Source of the DNA: Nitrospiraceae bacterium
GTDB lineage: Bacteria; Nitrospirota; Nitrospiria; Nitrospirales; Nitrospiraceae
DNA: 35,557 bases
Reading direction: 5' to 3'
Assembly: GCA_035471155.1 (NCBI GenBank)
Contig: DATIQH010000469.1
Coordinates: 1 to 35,557, forward strand
Below are positions 24,992-34,378 of this stretch, piece after piece. The notes under the pieces were generated by a model. It ran no database searches, was not told the origin of the DNA, and worked only from the letters and a program-made list of their open reading frames with translations. The translations under genes and the position numbers were made by a program. Within the stretch, counting starts at the first letter, position 1. Every line of letters begins with the position of its first letter.

Positions 24992-26188
24992 ATGCCCACA
25001 GAAGAACTGAAGCAGGACGCTGCACGGTATTTGATGCAGACCTATACACGTCAGCCGCTCTCGATCGTGCGAGGGCTGGGGACGAAGGTGTACGACCTCG
25101 AGGGGCGAGAGTACCTCGATTTCGTCGGCGGGATTGCGGTAAACGTCCTGGGGCATGGCCACCCGGATCTGGTTCAGGCGATCCAGCGCCAAGCCGCGCA
25201 GCTGATCCATACCTCGAACCTTTACTACACTGAGCCGCAAGTTAAGCTGGCGCAAACGCTGGTGGATCAATCGTTCGCCGACAAGGTGTTCTTTTGCAAC
25301 AGCGGGGCGGAGGCGAATGAAGCGGCGATCAAACTGGCCCGCCGGTATTCCCATGACAAGTACGGAGCCGGGCGCTTCGAGGTCGTGACGATGAAGAATT
25401 CATTTCACGGCCGGACGTTCGCGACATTGACGGCCACAGGCCAGGAAAAAGTGCAGAAGGACTATGAACCGTTGCTCCCGGGCTTTCGCTATGTCGCCTT
25501 CAATAAACTGGAAGAACTGGAACGGGCCGTGACCGACCAGACCGCGGCGGTTTTGCTCGAACCGATTCAGGGTGAGGGGGGAGTCCATGCCGCGGACCGC
25601 GAGTACCTGAAGCAGGTCAGAGATCTGTGCTCGAAAAAAGATGTGCTGTTGATGTTCGACGAAATACAAACTGGGATGGGACGCACCGGGACGCTGTTCG
25701 CTTACGAGCAGTTGGGGGTGCAGCCGGACATCATGACCTTGGCGAAAGGGTTGGGGGGTGGTGTGCCGATCGGAGCTTGCCTCGCGACTGACTCTGTAGC
25801 AAAAGCCTTCTCTCCAGGCAGTCATGCCTCGACATTCGGGGGCAATCCGCTCGCTTGTGCGGCCGGGCTGGCCGTCTGCCATGCCTTGCTGGAGGGCCAG
25901 GTGCTCGATCATGCGCGCCAGATGGGAGAGTATTTTGCGAAGGGTTTATCCGACTGCAAAGCGCGACATCGCGTGGTGCGAGAGGTGCGTGGTCTCGGGC
26001 TTTTGCAGGGGATGGAGATCGATATGGATGCGAAAGTCGTTGTAAGCGAATGTTTGGCACGAGGCATTCTGATCAATGGGGCCGGCGAGCATGTGCTGCG
26101 ATTCGTGCCGCCCCTCATCATCACTCAGTTGGAAATTGATCGATTGCTGGATACGCTTGGCGAGATTTTCAGCACACAAACGGCGTAA
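24992..26188 (+). CDS. argD: Acetylornithine aminotransferase
   Basis: A class III aminotransferase, with GGIAVNVLGHGHP, DEIQTGMGRTG and the PLP-Lys context DIMTLAKGLGGG. It sits next to argF, argG and argH. Confidence 0.93.
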   Translation: MPTEELKQDAARYLMQTYTRQPLSIVRGLGTKVYDLEGREYLDFVGGIAVNVLGHGHPDLVQAIQRQAAQLIHTSNLYYTEPQVKLAQTLVDQSFADKVFFCNSGAEANEAAIKLARRYSHDKYGAGRFEVVTMKNSFHGRTFATLTATGQEKVQKDYEPLLPGFRYVAFNKLEELERAVTDQTAAVLLEPIQGEGGVHAADREYLKQVRDLCSKKDVLLMFDEIQTGMGRTGTLFAYEQLGVQPDIMTLAKGLGGGVPIGACLATDSVAKAFSPGSHASTFGGNPLACAAGLAVCHALLEGQVLDHARQMGEYFAKGLSDCKARHRVVREVRGLGLLQGMEIDMDAKVVVSECLARGILINGAGEHVLRFVPPLIITQLEIDRLLDTLGEIFSTQTA

Positions 26189-26196
26189 GGCGCTGA

Positions 26197-27183
26197 ATGG
26201 ATACAATAGGAATGACTGTACGAGTAACAAGTATGCGGGTCGGCAAGCAAGACTTTCTGGATGTTGCGGCTATCAGCAAGGCGGAGGTGGAGCGCTTGCT
26301 GGTAGCGGCGGCTCTGTTGAAAGACAAGCACCGGCGCGGGGTTCCTCATCCACTGCTTGCCGGGAAGACGCTGGGGCTCCTGTTCCAGAAACCCTCGACG
26401 AGGACACGGGTGTCGTTCGAGGCAGGGATGAACCAGTTGGGTGGCCATGCGCTGGTCCTGCCCATGGCCGATATCCAGCTCTCGCGCGGAGAAAGTGTCG
26501 CCGATACGGCGCGCGTGTTGTCGCGCTATCTCGATGCGATCGTCATTCGCACCTATGACCATGCGATCGTGGAGGAGTGGGCGAGAGAGGCGACGATGCC
26601 GGTGATTAATGGATTGACCGACCTGAGCCATCCTTGTCAGGCCCTCTCAGATCTTCTGACCATTCGCGAGAAGAAGGGACGATTGAAGGGGGTGAAGATC
26701 GCCTATATCGGCGACGGCAACAATGTGGCGAATTCGCTGATCGAGGCGTCGGCGAAGATGGGGATGGTGATTACCCTCGGGTGTCCGGTGGGGTATCAGC
26801 CGGAGCAGCATGTCGTGGATAGGGCGAGGGTCGAGGCCGCAAAAACCGGCGCGGTGATTGAGATCGGGCACGACCCCCATATCGCAGTGAAGGAAGCGGA
26901 TGTCATCTACACCGACGTCTGGATCAGCATGGGCCGCGAGCGGGAACATGCGCGACGATTAAAAGTCCTGGCGCCGTATCAAGTGAACAACCGCCTGTTG
27001 CATCGCGCCAAGCCCGATGCGATCGTCATGCATTGTTTGCCCGCCCACCGGGGGGAAGAAATCAGCGCCGATGTGCTGGACGGTCCGCAGTCGGTCATCA
27101 TCGATCAGGCGGAGAATCGGCTGCATATGCAGAAGGCCATCCTGACGAATCTATTAGGCAAGAGGAGCAGCGCGAGACGATGA
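26197..27183 (+). CDS. argF: Ornithine carbamoyltransferase
   Basis: Motifs are [14 protein letters not shown] and [10 protein letters not shown]. The start is uncertain: the ATG at 26197, 26212 or 26233. The last gives the typical short N-terminus before DFL. Confidence 0.93.
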   Translation: MDTIGMTVRVTSMRVGKQDFLDVAAISKAEVERLLVAAALLKDKHRRGVPHPLLAGKTLGLLFQKPSTRTRVSFEAGMNQLGGHALVLPMADIQLSRGESVADTARVLSRYLDAIVIRTYDHAIVEEWAREATMPVINGLTDLSHPCQALSDLLTIREKKGRLKGVKIAYIGDGNNVANSLIEASAKMGMVITLGCPVGYQPEQHVVDRARVEAAKTGAVIEIGHDPHIAVKEADVIYTDVWISMGREREHARRLKVLAPYQVNNRLLHRAKPDAIVMHCLPAHRGEEISADVLDGPQSVIIDQAENRLHMQKAILTNLLGKRSSARR

Positions 27184-28391
27184 GTCGTGGCATAAAGAAA
27201 GTGGTGCTGGCTTATTCGGGCGGGCTCGATACCTCCGTCATCTTGAAGTGGCTACAAGAAACCTACGGCTGCGAAGTCATCGCCTTCTGCGCCGATCTTG
27301 GTCAAGGGGAGGATCTGCAAGCGATCAAGGCGAAAGCGCAAAAACTCGGTGTGAAAAAAGTCTATGTTGAGGATCTGCGCGAGACTTTCGTGAACGACTA
27401 TGTCTTCCCCATGTTACGCGGCAACGCGATGTACGAAGGCTGCTATCTGCTCGGGACTTCGATCGCGCGGCCTCTCATTGCGCGGCGTCAGGCCGAGATC
27501 GCGCTCAAAGAGGGCGCCGAGGCCGTGTCCCACGGCGCCACCGGAAAGGGAAACGACCAGGTGAGGTTCGAGCTGACCTACACGGCGCTGGCGCCGAATC
27601 TCAAGATCATCGCGCCTTGGCGTGAATGGACCATGCGGTCGCGGCGTGAATTGATCGAGTATGCCGATCGACACGGCATTCCCATCACGGTGACGAAAGC
27701 CAAGCCCTATAGCATGGATCTGAATTTGTTCCATGTGAGTTATGAAGGCGGCATCTTGGAAGATCCCTGGGAGTCGCCGCCGGATGAAATTTTCCAAATG
27801 ACGGTGTCGGCGGAGCAGGCGCCAAACAAGCCGCTCGAAGTCGAGATCGGTTACGAGGCCGGCAATCCCGTGTCCGTCGACGGCAAGAAGATGAGCCCGG
27901 CGACGTTGCTGGCGCACCTCAATAAGCTGGGCGGCGCGCATGGAGTCGGGCGTGTCGATCTCGTGGAGAATCGCTACGTCGGAATGAAATCTCGCGGGGT
28001 CTATGAAACCCCTGGCGGGACGATCCTCCATGTGGCGCATCGCGGAATCGAGTCGTTGACGATGGATCGCGAGGTCCTGCACTTCAGGGATAGTTTGATC
28101 CCGCGCTTCGCCGATCTGATCTACAACGGGTATTGGTTCAGTCCTGAACGAGAAATGCTTCAAGCCTCGATCGATGCGGCGCAGAAGTACGTGACCGGCA
28201 CGGCGCGGGTGAAACTCTATAAGGGGAGTTGCACGCTGGCCGGGCGCAAATCGAAGCAGTCGCTCTATCGTCTCGACATCGCCACGTTTGAAGAGGACGA
28301 GGTGTATGATCAGAAAGATGCCGAGGGATTCATTCGGTTGAGCGCGCTGCGGTTGAAAATCAGAGCTCAGAGAAAGAAGGCCTCTTCCTAA
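27180..28391 (+). CDS. argG: Argininosuccinate synthase
   Basis: [20 protein letters not shown]. It overlaps the argF stop in ATGA. Confidence 0.95.
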   Translation: MSRGIKKVVLAYSGGLDTSVILKWLQETYGCEVIAFCADLGQGEDLQAIKAKAQKLGVKKVYVEDLRETFVNDYVFPMLRGNAMYEGCYLLGTSIARPLIARRQAEIALKEGAEAVSHGATGKGNDQVRFELTYTALAPNLKIIAPWREWTMRSRRELIEYADRHGIPITVTKAKPYSMDLNLFHVSYEGGILEDPWESPPDEIFQMTVSAEQAPNKPLEVEIGYEAGNPVSVDGKKMSPATLLAHLNKLGGAHGVGRVDLVENRYVGMKSRGVYETPGGTILHVAHRGIESLTMDREVLHFRDSLIPRFADLIYNGYWFSPEREMLQASIDAAQKYVTGTARVKLYKGSCTLAGRKSKQSLYRLDIATFEEDEVYDQKDAEGFIRLSALRLKIRAQRKKASS

Positions 28392-29803
28392 TGCCACGAG
28401 CAACGGGCCGCAGCTCTGCCGCGTCGGAAAGCGGAAAGGCTTGGGCTGGGCGATTCAAACAGAAAACGAACCGGTTGGTGGAATCGTTCACCGTGTCCGT
28501 AGCCGTCGATCGGCGGCTTTACCCCCATGATATCCAGGGCAGTATCGCCCATTGCAAGACCTTGGGGAAGGCGCGCGTGTTGACCACCTCTGAAACCAGG
28601 ACGATCGTGCGGGGCTTGGAATCGGTGAAGGCGGAGTTGGATCGGGGCCGCTTTCGATTCGCGCCTCAGGATGAAGATATTCATATGGCGATTGAACGCC
28701 GGTTGACAGAGTTGATCGGTCCGCTCGGCGGCAAGTTGCACACGGGCCGGAGCCGGAACGATCAGGTTGCGCTGGATGTTCGGCTCTATGTGCGAGAACA
28801 GCTCAGTCAGCTCGTGGCGCACCTGGAACAGTTTCAGCGAGTCTTGGTGGCAAAGGGAAAGGCGAATCGAACGGTCGCCATGCCGGGCTATACCCATCTG
28901 CAACGTGCACAGCCGGTGCTGTTCGCCCACCATCTCTTGGCCTATGTGGAAATGATCGAACGGGACAAGGGGCGATGTCGCGATGCGTCGGTGCGCGTGA
29001 ACGTGATGCCGTTGGGGTCGGGCGCGCTCGCGGGCACGAACTACCCGGTTGATCGCCAGTTTACTGCCGGATTGTTGGGGTTCCCTTCCGTGACGCAAAA
29101 CAGCCTCGATGCCGTGTCCGATCGGGACTTCATGATCGAGGTGGCCTCGGCTCTGTCGATCACGATGATGCATCTGTCGCGGCTCAGTGAAGAATTGATA
29201 CTCTGGTCGTCCCAGGAGTTCCAATTCGTCGAGCTTCCCGATGCTTTCTGCACCGGGAGCAGCATGATGCCGCAGAAGAAGAATCCCGATGTGCCGGAAT
29301 TGGTTCGAGGCAAGACCGGACGTGTGTATGGACATTTGGTCAATCTGTTGACGATGCTCAAGGCTCTCCCTTTGAGTTATAACCGAGACCTACAAGAGGA
29401 TAAGCCGGCACTCTTCGATGCCCTCGACACCGCCACCGACTCGGTAAAAATTTTGACGGAACTGATGCGCCGGCTTACCGTGAACCGGGACATCCTTAAA
29501 CGGGCAGTTCAGAGCGGTGGGATGCTGGCCACGGAAGTTGCGGACTATCTTGTGACCAGAGGCGTGCCGTTTCGCGAAGCGCATGCGATCACGGGTCGAT
29601 TGGTGCGAGCCGCATTGGACCAAGGCCGCGAACTCACGGACTTCTCGCTCGAAGAGCTGCGGATATTTTCCGAGCGAATTGAAAAGGGCTTGTTCTCTCG
29701 GTTGACGGTCACTGCTGCGATTGACCGGAAGTCTCAGGTAGGCGGAACAGCCCGAACGAGAGTGGAGCAACGCCTGAAAGAACTTGAGCGAAGGTTCTCA
29801 TGA
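28391..29803 (+). CDS. argH: Argininosuccinate lyase
   Basis: WAGRF is near the N-terminus, and the fumarate-lyase signature GSSMMPQKKNP is present. It overlaps argG in TAATG. Confidence 0.95.
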   Translation: MPRATGRSSAASESGKAWAGRFKQKTNRLVESFTVSVAVDRRLYPHDIQGSIAHCKTLGKARVLTTSETRTIVRGLESVKAELDRGRFRFAPQDEDIHMAIERRLTELIGPLGGKLHTGRSRNDQVALDVRLYVREQLSQLVAHLEQFQRVLVAKGKANRTVAMPGYTHLQRAQPVLFAHHLLAYVEMIERDKGRCRDASVRVNVMPLGSGALAGTNYPVDRQFTAGLLGFPSVTQNSLDAVSDRDFMIEVASALSITMMHLSRLSEELILWSSQEFQFVELPDAFCTGSSMMPQKKNPDVPELVRGKTGRVYGHLVNLLTMLKALPLSYNRDLQEDKPALFDALDTATDSVKILTELMRRLTVNRDILKRAVQSGGMLATEVADYLVTRGVPFREAHAITGRLVRAALDQGRELTDFSLEELRIFSERIEKGLFSRLTVTAAIDRKSQVGGTARTRVEQRLKELERRFS

Positions 29804-30066
29804 AGGTGCGGACGCCGAACGCGACATTCATCGTCGTGGGTGTGACCATGGGAACGTTAGCGGCCTGCGGAATTGTGGGGGCGCCGCTTCCCCCTGAAAG
29901 TGTCGGTGTGACTCCGACCATTGAGCGGCAAAAGAAGTTGGAGGCGCTCGAGGAGAAAGAGCGTCAGGCTGCAGCGGCAGCAGAATCAACCGAGCCACAA
30001 CCGGACCCACTGTTGCAGGGGCAGGAGATCGACCTTCCTCCGTTACAACCGGTAGGAACCAGGTAA
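29800..30066 (+). CDS. Small lipoprotein, LptM(YifL)/LppL-like
   Basis: The lipobox LAAC is followed by G-x-x-G-x-P-L-P-P (TLAACGIVGAPLPPE). The tail is low-complexity and rich in Q, E, A and P. It overlaps argH in ATGA. Confidence 0.6.
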   Translation: MKVRTPNATFIVVGVTMGTLAACGIVGAPLPPESVGVTPTIERQKKLEALEEKERQAAAAAESTEPQPDPLLQGQEIDLPPLQPVGTR

Positions 30067-30086
30067 GGGTCGAAGCCGCCGTCTGC

Positions 30087-30116
30087 TGGACCTCCAGAGT
30101 CTGATAGCGCTATACT
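30087..30116 (+). promoter_or_regulatory. Weak candidate promoter upstream of the radical SAM gene
   Basis: TGGACC (30087..30092), an 18-nt spacer, then TATACT (30111..30116). Confidence 0.3.
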
Positions 30117-30260
30117 GAAGCCTGTTCAATGTTGCAGCGGGCTTCCCTCCGCGGATACTCCACGCGAGCGATAACGAAAGATGCCGCCAATCAGAACATC
30201 TCAACGAACCTATTGACAGCCTCAGCCTAATCGCCGGATAGAGGTAAGGAGGATCAATTC

Positions 30261-32189
30261 ATGCAACTCATTCAACCAGTGCGGCAGAGTCAGCTCATTG
30301 GGCAGACAGCAACGATCAAGCCTGCGCCAGGCAGGCGACTGTTGCTGGTCGATCCCTATCCGCGCAACAACCCCTATCGGTTGACTGCTGCGGAGCGCCG
30401 CGCGGTATGGTTTCCCAAGCTGAGTTTGCCGACCATTGCGGCCTATACGCCGGCGAATTGGGAAGTCAGTCTGGTCGATGAAGCGGTTCACGATATCGAC
30501 TTCGACTTTCCCTGCGACATGGTTGGTCTCTCCATGTTTACCTGTTATGCCCCTCGCGCCTACGAGATCGCAGCAGAATTTCGCAAGCGAGGGAAGACGA
30601 TTGTCATGGGAGGAGTGCATCCCACCTACTGCCCCGACGAAGCGTTGCGACATGCGGATGCGATTGTCTGTGGAGAAGCCGAAGATCTCTGGCCGCAATT
30701 GGTTGCGGACTATGAGGCGGGAAAGATGCAGCGCATGTACAAGATGACGTCATTCCCTTCTCTGGAGAACTATAAGAGTCCCCGTGTCGAATTGCTGAGT
30801 TCCGACTCCTATATGACGAGACAGTGTAGTTTCACAACGCGAGGGTGTCATTTCGACTGCGAGTTTTGCAGTGTGTCTCCATTTAACGGGAAGACCACGC
30901 GGCGTCGGCCGGTGAAGGAAGTGATCACGGAGCTTCGGAATGTTCAGCGGTGGATTCGCAGTGAATTGATCGAGCGAGTGCGCGATGAGCCGATGTGGAA
31001 AGCCTTCCTCACCACGCTGAAGATTCGAGTCGGCATGGAGGACGGCAGCATTGTCGCGTTTGTTGATGACTTGCACAACAGCAACCGCGCCTATTGCCGT
31101 GAGCTCTGGGCTGCGCTGAAGCCGTTGAAGCTCAAATGGGGCTGCCAGTCCACAATGTTTCTGGCTGACGACGAAGAGATGGTCAAGCTTGCGGCAGAGA
31201 GCGGCTGTGTGTCGGTCTTCGTCGGGATGGAATCGCTCGATGAAGACGCATTGGATGAAACGAACAAGCCCTTTAACCGGGTCCTGAAGTTTTCCAATGA
31301 GATCAAGATGTTCCACGATTATGGGATTATGGTGAATCCCGGGATTGTGTTCGGGTTCGACAGCGACGACGTGACTGTGTTTGAACGGGCCGTCGATTTC
31401 TTGACGAAAAACCAAGTGGAATTGGCTTACTTCAACGTATTGACTCCACTTCCCGGAACGCAGTTATTCGATCGTTTTGAAAAGTCCGGTCGTATCTTCG
31501 ATAGGGACTGGGCGAAGTACGACGGCAAGCATGTGGTGTTCCAGCCGAGCCGGATGACGGTTGAGCAGTTACAGGATGGCTTCCACTGGGCCAATCATGA
31601 ATTATATTCCATTCCTTCGATCTGGAAGCGGCTCTCGGGCACGAGTCAGCGGTTCATCCCTCGGTTAGAGATGAATCGTCAGTTCAGAAAGTTGGTCAAG
31701 AGAACCTGCCCGAAAGCGTCCCTGTCGCCGCTCGCGGGGGTATTGAAGAATCTTCAAGCAAAGCTCCCCGTGTTGGACAAAGAGCAATTGATTCCTAGCG
31801 CGCTGCATGCCCTGAAGCAGGCGTTAGATCCGAATGCGCTCTCGGCGCAACAATTGATATTCCACATCAAGGCCAAGCGGCATGACAAGTTTGCCGCCTT
31901 GTTCGTGGATCTTGACGGCACCCTCGATCGCCTGAATGCCTTGGAGTTGATTAAGCGAATCAAGGAAGCGGCCAATCAGGCGCGCATGGACATCATCATC
32001 AACTTCGAACACCTCAAGTTGGCGACGCCGGACGCGCTCAAGGCATTGGTGGATTCAGACGCGATGAAGGTGGCGATTCCAAATGTGAAGGTCCGTTATC
32101 GTAAATTCAAGGATGCGTTCGAGGCCTCACTGCAGGGTTTCCCACTCGCAGGCATCGAGCATCTCAACGAAGACTTGCAGGATGCATAA
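30261..32189 (+). CDS. B12-binding domain radical SAM protein with C-terminal STAS-like extension
   Basis: A strong SD (AAGGAGG) lies 8 nt upstream. The N-terminal B12-binding-like domain reads LLLVDP...MVGLS...IVMGGVHPT. The radical SAM cluster motif CHFDCEFC is at 30846..30869. A DUF4070-like segment follows (PGTQLFDRFEKSGRI..DWAKYDG.HVVF.P). About 170 further residues come after it. Confidence 0.9.
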   Translation: MQLIQPVRQSQLIGQTATIKPAPGRRLLLVDPYPRNNPYRLTAAERRAVWFPKLSLPTIAAYTPANWEVSLVDEAVHDIDFDFPCDMVGLSMFTCYAPRAYEIAAEFRKRGKTIVMGGVHPTYCPDEALRHADAIVCGEAEDLWPQLVADYEAGKMQRMYKMTSFPSLENYKSPRVELLSSDSYMTRQCSFTTRGCHFDCEFCSVSPFNGKTTRRRPVKEVITELRNVQRWIRSELIERVRDEPMWKAFLTTLKIRVGMEDGSIVAFVDDLHNSNRAYCRELWAALKPLKLKWGCQSTMFLADDEEMVKLAAESGCVSVFVGMESLDEDALDETNKPFNRVLKFSNEIKMFHDYGIMVNPGIVFGFDSDDVTVFERAVDFLTKNQVELAYFNVLTPLPGTQLFDRFEKSGRIFDRDWAKYDGKHVVFQPSRMTVEQLQDGFHWANHELYSIPSIWKRLSGTSQRFIPRLEMNRQFRKLVKRTCPKASLSPLAGVLKNLQAKLPVLDKEQLIPSALHALKQALDPNALSAQQLIFHIKAKRHDKFAALFVDLDGTLDRLNALELIKRIKEAANQARMDIIINFEHLKLATPDALKALVDSDAMKVAIPNVKVRYRKFKDAFEASLQGFPLAGIEHLNEDLQDA

Positions 32190-33444
32190 TTTCGAATATC
32201 GGCATGGCGAGCTCTATTGCGAACAGGTGCCGGTCAGCCGGATTGCCAAGGAGGTCGGCACGCCTTGCTATATCTACAGCCACGCGACTCTCATTCGTCA
32301 TTTCCGGGCGTATGATGGGGCCTTTAAGAGTGTGCCCCATGTGATCGCGTTTGCCATGAAGGCGAATTCCAATATCGCAATCCTCCGCCTTATGGCTAAA
32401 GAGGGGAGCGGGGTGGATATCGTGTCCGGCGGGGAGCTCTTTCGCGCACTCAAGGCAGGCGTTCCTTCCTCAAGGATCGTCTTCGCGGGTGTCGGCAAGA
32501 GCGCAGAGGAGATTCGCGAGGCCTTAAAGGCCGATGTCCTCATGTTCAACGTCGAATCTTCGGCCGAGTTGCAAGCGCTGAATGAGGTAGCGGCTTCCGT
32601 TGGAACTAAGGCGAGAGTCGCCCTTCGAATCAATCCCGATATCGATCCGAAAACACACCCGTATATTTCTACCGGCCTCAAGAAGAGCAAATTCGGGATT
32701 GCCGCCGATCGGGCGCTCGAAGAATTCACGCTGGCTTCCTCGCTCGCCAACATTGAGGTTGTCGGGGTTCATAAGCATATCGGGTCACAGTTGACGGAGG
32801 TCACGCCGTTTGTCGAGGCCGTGAAGAAGATCGTAAAGCTGGTCGGAGCCTTGAAGGCTGAGGGGATCAATATCCAATACGTCAATATCGGAGGTGGCCT
32901 CGGCATCACCTACTCGGATGAAACGCCGCCGCTGCCGCAAGATTTGGCGGATGCCGTGTCCCCGCTGCTGAAGGATTTGAATATCACCCTCATCATGGAG
33001 CCGGGTCGCGTCATCGTCGGCAATGCCGGCATTCTCGTGACGAAGGTGTTGTATCGGAAGGACGGCGAAGCGAAACGATTTATTATCGTCGATGCGGCGA
33101 TGAACGACCTGATCAGACCGAGCCTCTACGGGGCCTACCACGAGATCCGTCCCTTGTCACAGGCGGTGTTGCAGCGACCGAAGCATCAGGTGGATGTGGT
33201 GGGTCCGGTCTGTGAGTCCGGCGATTTTTTGGCGAAGGACCGGTCATTGCCGGAGGTTAATCCAGGCGACATGCTTGCGGTGATGAGCGCGGGAGCCTAT
33301 GGATTTGTGATGGCCTCCAATTACAATTCAAGACCACGGGTGCCGGAGGTCCTGATCAAAGGCGAGGAGATTCACGTCATCAAGGCCAGAGAGACGTACG
33401 ACGACTTGATAAAGGGCGAAACCATTCCCGTATTTCTCAATTGA
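32182..33444 (+). CDS. lysA: Diaminopimelate decarboxylase
   Basis: The PLP-Lys context FAMKANSN is present, with GGGLGI and CESGD. The ATG at 32182 lies 8 nt inside the radical SAM ORF. Confidence 0.93.
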   Translation: MHNFEYRHGELYCEQVPVSRIAKEVGTPCYIYSHATLIRHFRAYDGAFKSVPHVIAFAMKANSNIAILRLMAKEGSGVDIVSGGELFRALKAGVPSSRIVFAGVGKSAEEIREALKADVLMFNVESSAELQALNEVAASVGTKARVALRINPDIDPKTHPYISTGLKKSKFGIAADRALEEFTLASSLANIEVVGVHKHIGSQLTEVTPFVEAVKKIVKLVGALKAEGINIQYVNIGGGLGITYSDETPPLPQDLADAVSPLLKDLNITLIMEPGRVIVGNAGILVTKVLYRKDGEAKRFIIVDAAMNDLIRPSLYGAYHEIRPLSQAVLQRPKHQVDVVGPVCESGDFLAKDRSLPEVNPGDMLAVMSAGAYGFVMASNYNSRPRVPEVLIKGEEIHVIKARETYDDLIKGETIPVFLN

Positions 33445-33472
33445 AGGAAGTCGCTGCGGCGGAGGAGAGAGC

Positions 33473-34345
33473 ATGTTTACGGGCGCATTGATTGCCATTG
33501 TGACTCCGTTCCGGAACGGCAAGGTCGATGAGCGGGCCTTCGGCGACCTTATTGAATGGCAAATTGCCAACGGGACGAGCGGGATTGTGCCCTGCGGCAC
33601 GACCGGCGAATCCGCCACCCTCTCGCACCAGGAACACCACCGCGTAGTCGAATTGACCGTCGAGGTGGTCAATCGGCGAGTCCCCGTGATTGCCGGGGCC
33701 GGCTCCAACAGCACAGCAGAGGCCGTGTCGCTCACCAAACATGCCAAGCAGGCGGGAGCCGATGGGGCTCTGCTCATTACGCCCTACTACAACAAGCCGA
33801 CGCAAGAGGGATTGTACCGGCATTACAAAACGATCGCCGAGTCCGTAGATCTTCCGCAGGTTCTGTATAACATTCCCGGACGAACCGGCGTGAACATGTT
33901 GCCGGCTACTGTCGCAAGGCTTAGTGGACTACAGAACATTGTCGGAATCAAAGAGGGTAGCGGATCGGTCCAGCAGGCCTCCGAGATAGCGAGCGCTTGC
34001 GGCGACCGGATGACGGTCCTCGCCGGCGACGATGCTCTGACATTGCCCATGATGGCAGTCGGAGGGAAAGGGGTCATTAGCGTGACTTCGAACATCGTTC
34101 CATCCGAGATGGCCCAATTGGTCAAAGCCTTCCTGAATGGACATATCGATGAGGCGCGTCGGATTCATTTCGCATTGTCGCCGCTCTTCACCGCGCTCTT
34201 TTACGAGACGAATCCGATTCCGGTTAAAACTGCGCTAGGCCTGATGGGGAAAATCGATCCGGAGTTGCGGTTGCCGCTTTGTGCTATGGCAGCCGAGACA
34301 AGGGACCAACTGACCCGGGCCTTAAAGGACGCAGGTCTCGTCTAG
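33473..34345 (+). CDS. dapA: 4-hydroxy-tetrahydrodipicolinate synthase
   Basis: Motifs are ALIAIVTPF, GTTGESATLS and the Schiff-base Lys context VGIKEGSG. GGAGGAGAGAGC serves as the SD. Confidence 0.95.
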   Translation: MFTGALIAIVTPFRNGKVDERAFGDLIEWQIANGTSGIVPCGTTGESATLSHQEHHRVVELTVEVVNRRVPVIAGAGSNSTAEAVSLTKHAKQAGADGALLITPYYNKPTQEGLYRHYKTIAESVDLPQVLYNIPGRTGVNMLPATVARLSGLQNIVGIKEGSGSVQQASEIASACGDRMTVLAGDDALTLPMMAVGGKGVISVTSNIVPSEMAQLVKAFLNGHIDEARRIHFALSPLFTALFYETNPIPVKTALGLMGKIDPELRLPLCAMAAETRDQLTRALKDAGLV

Positions 34346-34378
34346 GGCCTGGGTGGCCGTGTTCCGGATACTCATACT

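Noticed and set aside
27414-29335. Two very long minus-strand ORFs (27414..28403, 329 aa; 28388..29335, 315 aa).
   Set aside because: They are antisense to argG and argH, which carry unmistakable signatures. Their translations are R/H/P/L-rich with no motifs. They are the usual open antisense frames of GC-rich coding DNA.
30117-30260. A possible lysine (L-box) or cobalamin riboswitch in the leader of the radical SAM-lysA unit.
   Set aside because: I could find neither the L-box core nor the B12-box consensus by eye, and only weak 4-bp stems are present. A second TTGACA at 30213..30218 has no acceptable -10 hexamer. An Infernal scan would settle it.
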